A model generated the notes under the pieces. That model was given only the letters and a program-made list of their open reading frames with translations, was not told where the DNA came from and did no database searches. Positions 36,501-49,562 of a DNA stretch of 64,000 nt are shown in pieces (position 1 is the stretch's first letter; each line of letters opens with the position of its first letter). The stretch spans positions 34,288,001 to 34,352,000 of the forward strand of contig NC_058368.1 in the NCBI RefSeq assembly GCF_018350175.1, read 5' to 3'. The DNA comes from Felis catus (Eukaryota). The position numbers and the translations under genes were made by a program.

Positions 36501-39500
36501 AGCGGGCAATTCTTTTTCTTTTTCTTTTAAATATATTATAATTGAATGAGTAATCAAGGTATGAATATAATTCTATATTTACATTTGTGTAGAACCAATT
36601 GGTAGCTCCTGTAATGTAATAATTCAATATCTTCAACTGATTGATTTCTAAAATAATGTACTTGATTTTCTTTTATGAAAGTATTTTCACACATTAAAAA
36701 ATCCAACTGTTAAATATTATGTGTAAGGACATCATTTATAATATCATTGTTTAAAAATAGTATGGGTGTAATAATTTTAATTAGGAAAACATCTAAAATT
36801 TTAGTCTTGTCTGTGTAGCCAATGCATGTTTGTTTGATCCACTAGTTTATTTTTCATGATGATGCACTGTTATTTTTATTAATACTCTCATGAGACTGCC
36901 TGACTTATTCTTAGAAGGGTTCTGAGGGTGACTTAGGGCTAACAAATTCTGCTAATTATATTTACCTCAAACAGATGACACATTAATAAGATAATTAAAA
37001 TAAGGAATTTTTAGATGAAATGTGAAGTATTTCATAAGCATTGAGTGATATCCTGACGTTAGTGACATAGTGAAATACAGACCCTGGCATGAAGATAGTG
37101 TTTCTAAAAGCTGCTTGGAAAAATAACACCATACATTTAGGTGCTACTGGCTACCAATTTAAGAAATTTGAGAGCATTAGACTTAGAAAACACCAGAAAG
37201 TAAGACACTTTCATTCTTTGTTATTTTACTTTTGAACTCAAAGCTGGTATACTTTTTCAGTAGTCAAAGCAAAATATTTTTATTTTTGAATGATCAAAAT
37301 TTCCATCCCATGGTGGTTTTTATCAGTTGAGATGGTGATCTTCAAATCCTCGTAGTAAGAAAAAGACAAAATTGCTTAGATGGGAAGAGTTCCAGAAAAT
37401 GAGCTACAATACTTGACCCAGTGTCAAGCTGGAGTCTGGCTGCTTTTTTCCCCACTTTAATGATGCTAACGTTCAGTTATGATGGAGACAGAGAATATAC
37501 TTCTTTACAGAGACCTGTTCTTCAGTATCACAAATCCTAGATGTCATGCAAGAGGATTAATGACCTAGCAGGAAAAAAAATTTAACCCTGCTGGCGTCTA
37601 GCCAAAAAGCGGCCTAGTCCATTAATATCAACAACTTGTAAGTTTCTGATTTCTGAAATGAGAATACAAAAGGCTCGAGAGACATATTTTGATAACAAAC
37701 AAACACCTTTTCTAAAGTGAGAAGAAATTACTAGAAGGCAAAATAAGTTGGCTGTGTAATATGTGAAATAAAATGTTTCCTTTTGAAATAAAATTTTCCA
37801 AATATCAATAGTATGGTGAAGGATCAGTGATTTTCTGTTAGTTAAAATTAGTATTTAAAAAATCTTGCCAAACATGGCAAGAACTATAGCAGATGGAGGT
37901 AAGATGATGCAGAAACTTCTGCCTAAGCTCTTGGATACATTAGCAAATAATCAAACATTTCAGAAAAATTGAAATATGTTCTGGTAAGAGATGTGGAAGA
38001 ATGCCAGTTTCTAAAGAACAGCTAGGTTCTTTTCAGAGAAGGAAAACATATGAAAGAATTATTATGGTATTTTCCCTGGCACATGTGGTTTTAAAAATGG
38101 ACTTCCATCTACTATGATAAAACAGACCATATAAAATAGAAAAAGAGTGGGCTAATAAAAATAGAAAATATATCATAACACTTGTGGAGACAGGTTTTAA
38201 AAATTATCTTTAAGTTATACTTTTGCTATTACCAACTCTGTTTTTCTTATTACATATACCAATTTTCTGCTCACTAATGAAGGTACTATATTTTTGAGTA
38301 ATGATTTCTGTGTATAGTTTTTATTCTGTTTTCTGGTTATTTTTAATTTTGTGGTTTTTTTTGCTGTTACTTTTTTAAGTTGGTGACATGCCATCAATTA
38401 TTTCTTGTTTTGCTTTCCAGACAAACAATGCACTTATTTCCCAGTCCCCAAAACTTTTTCTCGTAACACAGAACGAAGATCTTTATTCCATGAGTTTTTA
38501 TAGAAGAATAACATGATAAATGAGTATTCCTGTAAACGGTAATAACAGATACACTTTTCTTGCAATGCACTATATAATATATGAAGCAATTACTGTATTT
38601 AACAGTGAAGTATTTTAAAAGCATGTTGAATTTTTCTATAAGACCAGACTAAAAATGGTATGAATGAAATCCTTTTCTAATTAACACATTAATATTTCAT
38701 ATTATAAATTCTCTTCAACAGCCTAGGAATCTGCTGGCAGAATTTGGAAAAAAAAAATAGCAACCGTACTTCATAAACACATTACTTGAAGAACCAAATA
38801 CTCTTCTGGTCGTTAAAAGATTTGAAAAGCAGCCCTAAGAACAGATTTGAAAACAGGAAGCCAAAGCAGGAAGGGAGGGAGTTGTTTTTTCCATATTCTC
38901 ATAATGTTTGCAAAATGGCACTAACAACTTCCAAAAGAGATTTTTGGATCTTGTTTTTCATTGGGAAATGGCTTGTAGTTTGGAGAAAACCAAAGCCATC
39001 TGATGAAATCAATAATTGTCATTATTACTGAATTTGAAAATGTGTAATGTTTGGGCTTTGAAGCACTTCTAAATCACACTATGCCTCATCTATCTGGACA
39101 TGGATTGACACAGAAAATTTTAATTCCAGAAGGCCCACTTTAACACCCCCACTGATATCTTACATTTCCCCTGGACACACTGTCACAGCTAATGTTTTAC
39201 TTAATGAAAAATTTTGACAATAACTACATTTTCAGTTTATATAATAATCAGTGTTAGTGTAGTAAAAAATAACAGTCTTTCTTGTTATTTAATAAATAAA
39301 TCTTGAAAATAACAAGATTTTTCAATCATTATTGACTAATGTTGTTTCTCTCTGCATCTCTTACCTAACAAAAAAGGAAAGTGGTCAATATTTACTTTCA
39401 GAAATCTGGTTACTGAATTGTCTAAAGAAATGGTAAAAGTTTAAAAAAAAAAACCTGAATATATTGAGAAGTTAATAATCTCACTAAAAAAAGAGGAAAT

Positions 39501-39984
39501 AGTGCAAATGATTTCAAAAACAATTAGAGAATATTTGGCGTGATTAGTTTTTCAGTAAATAGAACACAGGTACTAATACAGAATTCTTTAGAAATTAAAA
39601 TAAATTTCCAAACTTTCTTGCACATTTTCCACAAAAATACTTTTAGCTGATAAGCACTAGGAAAGCTATTCATCTCTTAGATGAGAAAATGTTTCGTTTA
39701 TTCTCAATAGTGAATTATGGTAGCTTGGACGGGGAAGAACCAACCATACACAGAGTAAATGAACCTCAAAGTCATCATATAGCTATACAATAGTGACATA
39801 GATTTCTTATTAATGATTCTTAAGCTTACAACTTTCCCTTAAATAGAAATTTTTTTCCCACATGCAAGCCGGAGAAAATAGGGACTGTCTAAAAAGGACT
39901 TTCATTAGCCTTGGGCTTCCTGGGTTGTAATCTTCCTTTCTAATATTATCCTATTATCCTTAAAGGAAATTGCCTCTCTTTTGC

Positions 39985-40420
39985 TGTCTGTAATCTTGAT
40001 GGAAGGGTATTTTCTAGCTCCCTACTATCACTGCCCGCCTTTCACCTTTGAAGCCAGGTGGACTTGTCCTTTCTCCACTCAACCACTTGAGATAGCCCCC
40101 GCCAGGTATGTGACCAGCTGACAATGGAGTTCTTATCAGTGGGGACTACTGCATGGGAGGAGGTAGTGACAATGGCAGAGACTAACCAGTCAAGGTAAGC
40201 TGACCAGTCATTCCTCTCAGAGATGGCTATTTTCTCCGTGTTCTTTGCATCTTAGCTCTCAGGCACTTTCTTAATTTCAACAGTCCACAAGATTGGATTT
40301 CCAGACTCTAATCCTGCCACCTTCCCAAATATTTTTTTTTCCATTTCTTATCAAAATACCTTTTTTGCTTATGTCATCTAGAGTTGATTCCTGTGTAATA
40401 GGAATGCTAATTATTGACAC
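39985..40420 (+). mobile_element. Probable old MaLR (MLT1) LTR
   Basis: 3' end CCTTTTTTGCTTATGTCATCTAGAGTTGATTCCTGTG...AATGCTAATTATTGACA resembles an MLT1 terminus. Confidence 0.4.
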
Positions 40421-40629
40421 TAGAGTTGACTTATCTTTAGGCACTTTTTATTCTATTGAGATTTTTTTTGAAAGTGATCCATATTATTTTGTTTAATGAG
40501 ACCTGTACTATTTGTCCTATAATTTTACCTCTTTGATTTTTGTTCCAAGATACCAGTGACTGTACATAATATTAATAGTATTTCATTACATTTGAACATA
40601 ATTTTTGAATTTTAAATATATTTATATGG

Positions 40630-41118
40630 AACAGCCATAAAAAAGGATGAGATCTTGCCATTTGTGACATGGATGGACTTAGAGGGTATTATGATAAGTA
40701 AAATAAGGCAAACAGAGAAAGTTAATTACAACATGATTTCACTTCCATGTAGAATCTAAAAAAAAAGAACAAAACAAATAGATAAACAAACAAAAAGCAG
40801 AATCAGACCTATAAATACAGAGGACAAACTGATGGTTGCCAGAAGGAAGGGGGCTGGGAAGATGGTTCAAGTGGGTGAACAGGAGTGGGAGATATAGGCT
40901 TGCAGTTAAGAAATGAATAAGTCACATGAATGTAAGGTACAGCACAGGGAAAATAATAAATGATATTGGTAATAGTGTTGGATGGTGACAGATGGTCACT
41001 ACACCTGTTGTGAGCATAGCATAGTGTATAGAGAAGTTGATCACTATGTTGTAGTCCTGAAACTAATGTAACATTGTGTGTAAACTACATGCAAATGAAA
41101 ATAAATAAATAAACAAAA
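40630..41118 (+). mobile_element. Carnivore L1 3' end, 5'-truncated
   Basis: CAGCCATAAAAAAGGATGAGATCTTGCCATTTGTGAC...; same family as 31570-31945; ends in (AAAT)n. Confidence 0.9.
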
Positions 41119-41523
41119 TTATAGGTAAATTGTTTTATCTTATCTGATGATTATAAAAGCCAAATTTTCAACACTTCTCTTTTACAGATGGCCTACCACT
41201 TACTGAGGATAAGCAGATTTCTAAATGTAAACAATAAATGCTAGAACTGTAAACTTCATATTTGTTGTTATTTACCATATAATGCACTGCCTCCCATCAT
41301 TGTACAGGCTAATTAAAGAGCAAGAGGGTAGGACATGTTACTATGTATTAGTGGTTGCAGTCACCAATTCCAACATGTGTGTATGTGTGGGAGCGTTCCC
41401 CCCACACCACCAAGCATAGGATACCCGTTGGATGTCCTTCAATTCAACTCAGTTCTGACACTATTTACCAGGATATAGCATCAGAGTCCACCAATCTCAA
41501 GCCCCGGTTATTACCTGTGTTTC

Positions 41524-42254
41524 TGTAAGCACAAAGAGTTAGGGGTCCCCAGAAAAAGAAAGAGACATAGCTTTATTGACATGAGAAAAGTGTTTTTGCC
41601 CCCTGGCCATCTTGTGACAGAATGTAAGAACAAACAGCCACTATCAGGCAGGATTTAGTAAATCATATTCAAAAGTGAAGACTGACCTCATGCATATTGT
41701 TTTTTTTTTTTAAGTTCATTTATTTATTTTGAGAGAGAGATCAGGAGAGGGGCAGAGAGAGGGAGAGAGAGAATCCCAAGCAGACTCGATGCTGTCAGCA
41801 CAGAGCCCGATGTGGGGCTTGAACTCACCAACTACGAGACCATGACCTGAGCTGAAATCAAGAGTTGAAGGCTTAACTGACTGAGCCACCCAGGTGCCCT
41901 GACCTCACTGATATTCTTAAGTTATCTTTGCAGGATCTAAACCCTTTAAGTACGCAGATACCAGACTAATTGGAGCCAGAGAATTGAGGATGCTAACCCT
42001 TGCAGGTCCTCATGACTTTGACCTGGACTCAGTCACCTTAAGATGACTTTTGCCCCAATTACATGTTGCATTCCCCATTGTGCAAGCCACTTCATGAATA
42101 TGCATACACACTTAGCTTAAAATTTCCCCAGTGTTGTTGGAGAGACACTACTTCAGGAAATATCCCCGGTATTTTCCTTTGCTTGTTGCAGATAAAACCT
42201 TTTTTTTTTTTTTCCTATTCTTTGGTTTGGTTGTGTCTTTTGGCTTGACACCCA
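41524..42254 (+). mobile_element. ERV1-like solo LTR nested in the MER21-like LTR
   Basis: Begins TGTAAGCACAAAGAG, ends ...GACACCCA; host sequence ...TTTC|TGACC resumes after it. Confidence 0.65.
41700..41899 (-). mobile_element. Can-SINE nested in the inner LTR
   Basis: Poly-T, (GA)n, ends CTGAGCCACCCAGGTGCCC; imperfect TSD TGACCTCA...ATATT. Confidence 0.93.
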
Positions 42255-45200
42255 CTTTTGACCCACTGGCTACAAACTTGGGTTCCAACAACCCTCTATA
42301 ACTCAGGATGCCAACCAGACATCCAGGTTGTTACCTATACTTCTGACCAACTGGTAATACACCAGAGGTTTCTACAAACCCCTCCTTGGTTTCAATTAAT
42401 TTGCTAGAGCAGCCCATAGAACTCAGAAAACCCATTTCCTCACTAGATTACAGATTTATAACAGATATTAAAGGATACAAATCAACAGCAGATGAAAATG
42501 ATGAAGTCTCGAACTTCTGTCCTTGTGGAATTTGGGGCCTGGCACAGTGGCACATGGAAGTGGTCTGATTCCCCTATCTGGAAGCTCTCAGAACCTTCCC
42601 CATTTGGGTTTTTATGGAGGCTTCATAACATATACATGAGTGATGAAATCACTGGCCATTTGTGATTGATTCAATCTCTAGCCTCTTTCTCATCTTGGGA
42701 AATCAAGGCATGAAACTGAAAGTTCCAACCGTCTATTTTTGGTTTGTTCCCCTGGCAACCAGCCCCCATCTTGAGGTACTTTCTGAAAGTCACCACATTA
42801 ACATAAACCCAGTTGTGGAAAGGGTCTTGTTATGAATAAAAAATTCCCATTTCAACTTTATGGCTCTGAAGTGATTTTAGGTACTAAGGACAAGAGACCA
42901 AATAAGACAAAGATATTCTTATTGCTCTTATTGGTCAGGAAGTCCCAAGGGTTTTGAGAGCTGTGAATAAGGAATCATACAAAAAAACATCTAAATGACC
43001 AAATATTATTTCTTATAATATTTAATATTGTACTATGAAACAACGAAATAGGAAAAAATAGGGGGAAAGTCCATAGGGATTGTTTTTGGGTCACTGGTTT
43101 AAAATTGTGTAGAATGGAATTGTATCAAGGATTAATCAAGATTAAGTATCAATAAGAAATGTACGATGGTATCTATTTCACATTTTAAGGGACCTAACAG
43201 AAATCTCACTGCAGTCTGGGAATCTCCTGATATCAGTGTCTTTTGCTGGGACACCCCCTCTGGATAAATGTGGGAGGTGTTTTAAGGATTCTGGCCACTC
43301 GAGTTTCAAACTTCCTTTCTATCGTTGACCTCCTGGCTATACCCTATTCACTGTGTCAAGGGTAGTATAGCTGAGTGAATATTAATGGACAGTGGCTAAC
43401 ACAAAGTAGTATTTTAACTGAATTTGTTTATTTTAACAACTGACTCATCTTTGTAAGCTCTCAAATAATATTCAAATAAAAAGCACATAACCTATGTCTT
43501 CAAGGAGCCTCCTTTCTAAACAATTGCTGAGACATAAGGAGAAATGAAAGGTGTGACAATATCTATGTGAATCAGAATTATATTTGGATTTATGAGGTCA
43601 ATTATGCACCTGCTATTTCTATTTGAATGAGCTTACACAGGAAAATGTACGAATAAGCTGAACTTATGGTGATGAGCAGAGGGGCAGATAGGGTCAGAAG
43701 GAGCACAGTGATCCATGGTGGCGAAGAGTCAACAGGTCTGAAAGGCTAATGGATATAAAGAAGCTCATAACATTATGTACCCAGCACCACGCTCTAAAGA
43801 CCTTGTGCATTGTGTGAAAGGTGACTGCATCGCTGGACGAAATTCCAAGTGGAGCAGTGCCCACCGACTCTCCTAAGGGAACGTTGGAACTTTTGGTCAA
43901 AGGACAGGCCAGTGAATTCTGGAGGAAGAGAGCATTAAAGCCTTAGAATATTTTTGTTCTAAAGGGTATACAGTCTAGTCATATTGTATTGTGCCTAGTG
44001 ATATTGTATTTCTCATATTTATTCTAGTATGATCTGCTATTTGAGTGATGTTTTTCTCTCTGAATTATGGAAAACTTGGAGCCTTCTTGACCAAATTACT
44101 GTAAACAATGACAAACTTTTGGGACCTTACCTAATGATACTCAAATACGACAAAACTCAGCTCTGAGTGAGGAGGAGGAACACCTACAGCAGCCAAAACT
44201 TATATTATTTTTTTCCTTCTGCCTGAATTGTACCTGCTTACTATCTTCACACTACTTATCTTTTCTCTCCAGGGCTGAACTTAGCCTCTCACTCTGTGCT
44301 TGCTTATCGCTATCATGATGTTCAAAGAGCAGGCCACTGGAGGCAGGAATATGGTCAAACAGTAACCACACCACGTCAACTTATAGTAGTGCTAGAGTAA
44401 CATAAAACAGTTCCACAGAGCTGTGCAATTTTGACCTGGATTTTTTTAAATAGTACATGATACTGATTTCTTTGCTTTTACTCTGTAGTGAGCTCTAGTG
44501 TCTGGAAAGAACCTTTCTCTCTGTTTCTCTTTGGTCTTAGCCTCTGTTTATCGAAACAGCAATAGATTATTAGAGGTGAGGTTTTGAGCATTTGTTGTTC
44601 ATGTTCTCACAGCCATGTCTATAGGGAATTAAGGAAAAACAATGCCTTTTAAGTGTTTAATTTTGTTTTTGTTTAATTTTGTAATTTTGTTTATATGACC
44701 CAGACTATAGGTTCAATCTTGATTAATAATTAGCATTGTGGATATTGTTTGTCATAAGAAAACATAGTAGGTAGGATAACTATGCTAGTTTAGGACACTT
44801 CTGCTCATTACTTGTAGGTGTTAATTTTACTTCAATCCAAGAATTCAGCTGTCAGATTTTACCACTGCAATATGGATATATTGTGTTCTTTCAGTTTGTG
44901 ACACTATTACATGGTATTTTCATCAGTGGACCAAGAGATAATTGAATAATTCTTTGGTCCAGCCACTCCTTGACATATTGAAATTATGAAGGAAACATAC
45001 ATTCAATGGACCATAGGCTAAAAAAAAAGAAAAAAAAATGTAAATCCCACTTGATTAGTAGCTATACTTGTGTTCCAAATCCTAGCTGATCGGTCTTTGT
45101 TCATAGCAGTAAGTGTCCTAACCCCCACGATGCTAAATAACTGACCTTTTCTTCACCCTGAACTCAAACCAGATATTAAGATCTTGCCACCTTGCAATCA

Positions 45201-45267
45201 GCTCCAGGATGAAAGGGACCATAGTGCTGAGAAAACAAATTGACGTGAAAGATAATGAAAAACTGAG

Positions 45268-45345
45268 TTACATTATGTTTGTACATGTATACATTTGTAC
45301 AAATATACATATATATACATTTGTACATATATACATATGTACAAT
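45268..45345. repeat. Degenerate AT-rich minisatellite (TATACATTTGTACA-like units)
   Basis: Directly visible repeated TACATTTGTACA / TACATATGTACA. Confidence 0.75.
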
Positions 45346-45649
45346 ATATTTTATAATCATTAAATTTGAAGAATATATCATATATAACTTATAATGCTTT
45401 ACATGTATGTGGTGAAAGAATGAGGGAGATGAAGGGCAGAGGAGAAACACCTTAAAAATACAATGACCATCACTACAAAAGCATAGTCAAATCAAGGTCA
45501 AAGAATGAGATCGATACTATTAGTGATTCCTTCTCCCAGGACTTAGTCAATTAAGCAGATACTGCATTAGAGTTTCATTTATTGAGCTAGAATTTATTTT
45601 TAAATCTAATAATTCTAGCCCTAAATTTTTATGTTATTTTTTATTTATT

Positions 45650-48065
45650 TTTTTAATTGAAGGGCAACAATGACGAAGAAAAGTGTAAAACCTATGAGTG
45701 CACATTCTAGTAACTTTATAAAGTTACTACATTCATATGACCACCACCAAGATTAAGAAAGTAAGATAATATATGACCTCAGGAATCCTTCCTTGTGCCT
45801 CTGTACTCTCAAAACCCCTCCTACCATAAGTAACCGCTATTCTGCTTTTAAATGCAATAAATTAAGTTGGTCTGTTGTTGATCTTTATAAATTGAATTGC
45901 ACTTATACTGTTTTTTTTTTTGCCTGATATATATGATATTCTTGCATGTTCTTACAAAACAATGTTTCACTCATTTACATTGCCATGTAGTATTTCATTT
46001 TCTAAACACACCACAATTGCTTTGTTTACTTCACAGGTAATGGACAGATAGAATACACTTTAGAACTATTATAAATACTGCTATTAGGAACACACTTGTA
46101 CATGTCTTTGGAGGCTCAGGTGTACTCATTTCTATTATGTGAATATAGAGAAGTTAAATTCATAGGTCAAACATTACATACATGTTTAGCTTTAATATTT
46201 GTAACCAAATAGTTGTCCAAACTGACTGTTCCAGTTTACATACTCACCACCAGAGTATGGGAGTTCCAGTTGCTCTACATTAACAGTATTTGTTATCATC
46301 TTTTTTTAATGTTAGTTTTTCTGGCAGGTGTGCATTGGTAATTTGCAATTTTAATACAAAGAAACTTTAACCAATGCCTAAGTCAAAAATATCCTTCTAT
46401 ATTATCTTCTTAAAGAGTTACTGCTTTACATTTCAACTTTCATTCCTTAATCCATGTGAAATTTGTATTTATATAGTTGGAGAGGTAAAGGTCAAGATTA
46501 TTTTTTTCTTCACATTGATATCAACTTGGCCCAGCACCTTTAATTTGAAAGACCATCATTTTGTCACTGCATTTGAAGTAGTAAATGTTATAAATCTAGT
46601 TACAAATATATTGAAAATTTCTTGTTTGAATCTTTATTTTGTTATATCACTCTATTTTTCTTAATTACTACCTTATTGTTTTTCTTACATTAGCAATATA
46701 ATAAGTCATGATACACGATACAACAAATTTTCCAAATTTGTTACTCTATTGGCATTTGCAATTCCATATAAATTTAAGAGTTACTTTGCCAATGGAGAAC
46801 ACTGCACTATTTAAATTGTTTTTGCATTGAAAATCTATATGGATTTAAAAGGATTTAACAACTTAATGATATTGTGGATATGGATAAGTAGAGGTCTGGA
46901 AATCTGTTATCACATTAGTTCTTAGGTTTTTGATATCTGTTAGATTAATTACTAGATATTTGATGCATAATTATTTATTAAATATACTGTTTGTTGCTCA
47001 CATGTAGAAATAAAATTGGTATTACTATATTGGTCTTATATACAATAAATTCTCATGTCCAGTTATTTATTCTAATAGTATATCTACAGATTATTTTGAA
47101 TTTTCTTCTTAAACAATCATATAGTACCCAAACAATGATTTTTAAAACATTATAATATCTTTATGCTGTTTATTTTATACTCTCCTTAATGCATTAGCAA
47201 GGTCTGACTAGTATAGTGATGAGTAAAACTATTAATAGTGGTCATCCTGTTTCATTTCTAAAGGTGGGAGGGGGGAAGCTGTCATCACTTCACTATTAAA
47301 GTATGCATTCCATATTTTTCTTGCAGGTTTTTACTTTTATCAAATTAAGACAATTATCTTAACTTTGTTTTAACATTGATTAATTATCATAGGTCAAACC
47401 AGCTTATTCCTCAAGTTAATCTAAGATATTGTGATATTGTGATATAGTAATATTGCTATATTATCTGCTAATATTTTATTTAGATTTTTTTCGTCTTTAC
47501 GTTTCATGCATCTTTGTTTCATCTTTCTTCATATTATTTTTGTTTAGGCCTGAATTCTGTCTTTATTTTAATGTTAGGGATTGATATTATGTCTATTTTA
47601 TAACTTAGTTTATGGATCACTCCCTTTTTGTATTTTCTGGATGAATTGTATACGATTGATATTATTACTCCCTAATATTGAGAAGAATCTTCTGGTGATA
47701 CTAGATGGAAAACAAGTGGGACTTTTTTTGTGAGATTATTAAGTTATTGACTATATCTCTTTAAGGGATAGAGGACAATTCAAATTTTCTATTTCTTCTT
47801 GAGGCAATTTTAGGGAGGAATATTTTATAAGAAATTTGTTCATTTCCTTTAACTTTCAATTGTATTAGGCAAAGAGGTATTCACATCCTTACAGGTGTCC
47901 CATATCTGTCATCTTCATAGCAATGTTCCTTTTTTCATTCCCACTACTAACATTACATTTTTTCTTCTTTTTTTTTTAACTTTTTCTAAGGCTTATCCAA
48001 CCAACTTTTGTCTCTGAAATTTAGTTTGATGTGTTTGTTTTCTATCTTATTAAATTTTGATACTG
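45650..48065 (-). mobile_element. Ancient L1M LINE, long and heavily diverged
   Basis: Reverse 3' end TTTTTAATTGAAG..., TAACCGCTATTCTG, GTTCCAGTTTACATACTCACCACCAGAGTATGGGAGTTCCAGTTGCTC, CAACTTGGCCCAGCACC, GAAATTTGTTCATTTCC. Confidence 0.75.
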
Positions 48066-48085
48066 ATTTTAACAATCATATTGGG

Positions 48086-49470
48086 TGGCACAAAAACAGA
48101 CACTCAGATCAATGGGACAGAATAGAGAACCCTGAAATGTATCCACAAACATATGGGCAACTAAACTTTGAGAAAACAGGAAAGAATATCCAATGGAATA
48201 AAGACAGTCTCTTCAGCAAGTGGTGCTGGGAAAACTGGACAGCGACATGCAGAAGAATGAACCTGGACCACTTCCTTACACCATATAGAAAAATAAACTC
48301 AAAATGGATGAAAGACCTAAATGTAAGATAGGAAACCATCAAACTCCTCGAGGAGAAAGCAGGCAAAACCTCTTTGATCTTGGCTGCAGCAACTTCTTAC
48401 TCAACACATCTCTGAAGGCAAAGGAAACAAAAGCAAAACTGAACTATTGGGACATCATCAAAGTAAAAAGTTTCTGCACAGTAAAGGAAACAATCAGCAA
48501 AACTAAAAGGCAACCAACAGAATGGGAGAAGATATTTGCAAATGACATATCAGATAAAGGGTTAGTATCCAAGATCTATAAAGAACTTATCAAACTCAAC
48601 ACCCAAAAACCAAATAATCCAGTGAAGAAATGGGCAAAAGACATGAATAGATACTTCTCTAAGGAAGACATCCAGATGGCCAACCGACATATGAAAAAAA
48701 TGCTAATCACTCATCATTAGGGAAATACAAATCAAAACCACAATGAGATATCACCTCACACCTGTCAGAATGGCTAACATTAACAACTCAGGCAACAACA
48801 GATATTGGTGAGGATGTGGAGAAAGAGGATCTCTTTTGCATTGCTGGTGGGAATGCAAGCTGATGCAGCCACTCTGGAAAACAGTATGGAGATTCCTCAA
48901 AAAATTAAAAATGGAACTATCCTACAACCCAGCAACTGCACTACTAGCTATTTATCCAAGGGATACAGGTATGTTGTTTCAAAGGGACACATGCACCCCA
49001 ATGTTTAGCAGCACTATCAACAATAGCCAGAGTACAGAAAGAGCCCAAATGTCCATCGATGGATGAATGGATAAAGAAGATGTGGTGTATATATATACAC
49101 AATGGAGTATTACTCAGCAATCAAAAAGAATGAAATCTTGCCATTTGCAACTACGTGGATGGAACTAGAGGGGCTTATGCTAAGTGAAATTAGTCAGAGA
49201 AAGACAAATATCATATGACTTCACTCATATGAGGACTTTAAGACACAGAACAGATGAACATAAGGGAAGGGAAGCAAAAATAATATAAAAACAGGGAGGG
49301 GGACAAAACATAAGAGACTCTTAAATATGGAGACAAACAGAGGGTTACTGGAGGGGTTGTGGGAGGGGTGATGGGCTAAATGGGTAAGGGGCAATAAGGA
49401 ATCTACTCCTGAAATCATTGTTGCACTATATGCTAACTAATTTGGATGTAAATTACAAAATAAAATTAAT
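48086..49470 (+). mobile_element. Felid L1, 5'-truncated (ORF2 C-terminus and 3'UTR), disrupted
   Basis: [17 protein letters not shown]...[10 protein letters not shown]...[13 protein letters not shown] and [28 protein letters not shown] are L1 ORF2 motifs; stop at 48329-48331 plus frameshifts; TSD AATCATA(T/A)TGGG at 48074-48085 and 49590-49601. Confidence 0.95.
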
Positions 49471-49472
49471 TT

Positions 49473-49562
49473 ATTGAGGAGGGCACCTGTTGGGATGAGC
49501 ACTGGGTGTTTTATGGAAACCAATTTGACAATACATTTCATATTTAAAATAAATAAAAATAA
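49473..49562 (+). mobile_element. ~90-bp extreme 3' stub of a different, younger felid L1
   Basis: TTGAGGAGGGCACCTGTTGGGATGAGCACTGGGTGTTTTATGGAAACCAATTTGACAAT matches the recalled cat L1 terminus; has its own A-rich tail. Confidence 0.75.

Larger units (their letters stand above)
41346..43032 (-). mobile_element. MER21-like LTR interrupted by a second LTR
   Basis: TTCAACTCAGTTCTGACACTATTTACC, AATTTGCTAGAGCAGCCCATAGAACTCAG, terminal GACCAAATATTATTTCTTATAATA; TACTATG at both ends (41339-41345, 43031-43037). Confidence 0.75.

Noticed and set aside
48008..49066. L1 ORF2-like ORFs as a functional CDS
   Set aside because: The element is 5'-truncated with a stop and frameshifts, and lacks endonuclease and RT domains
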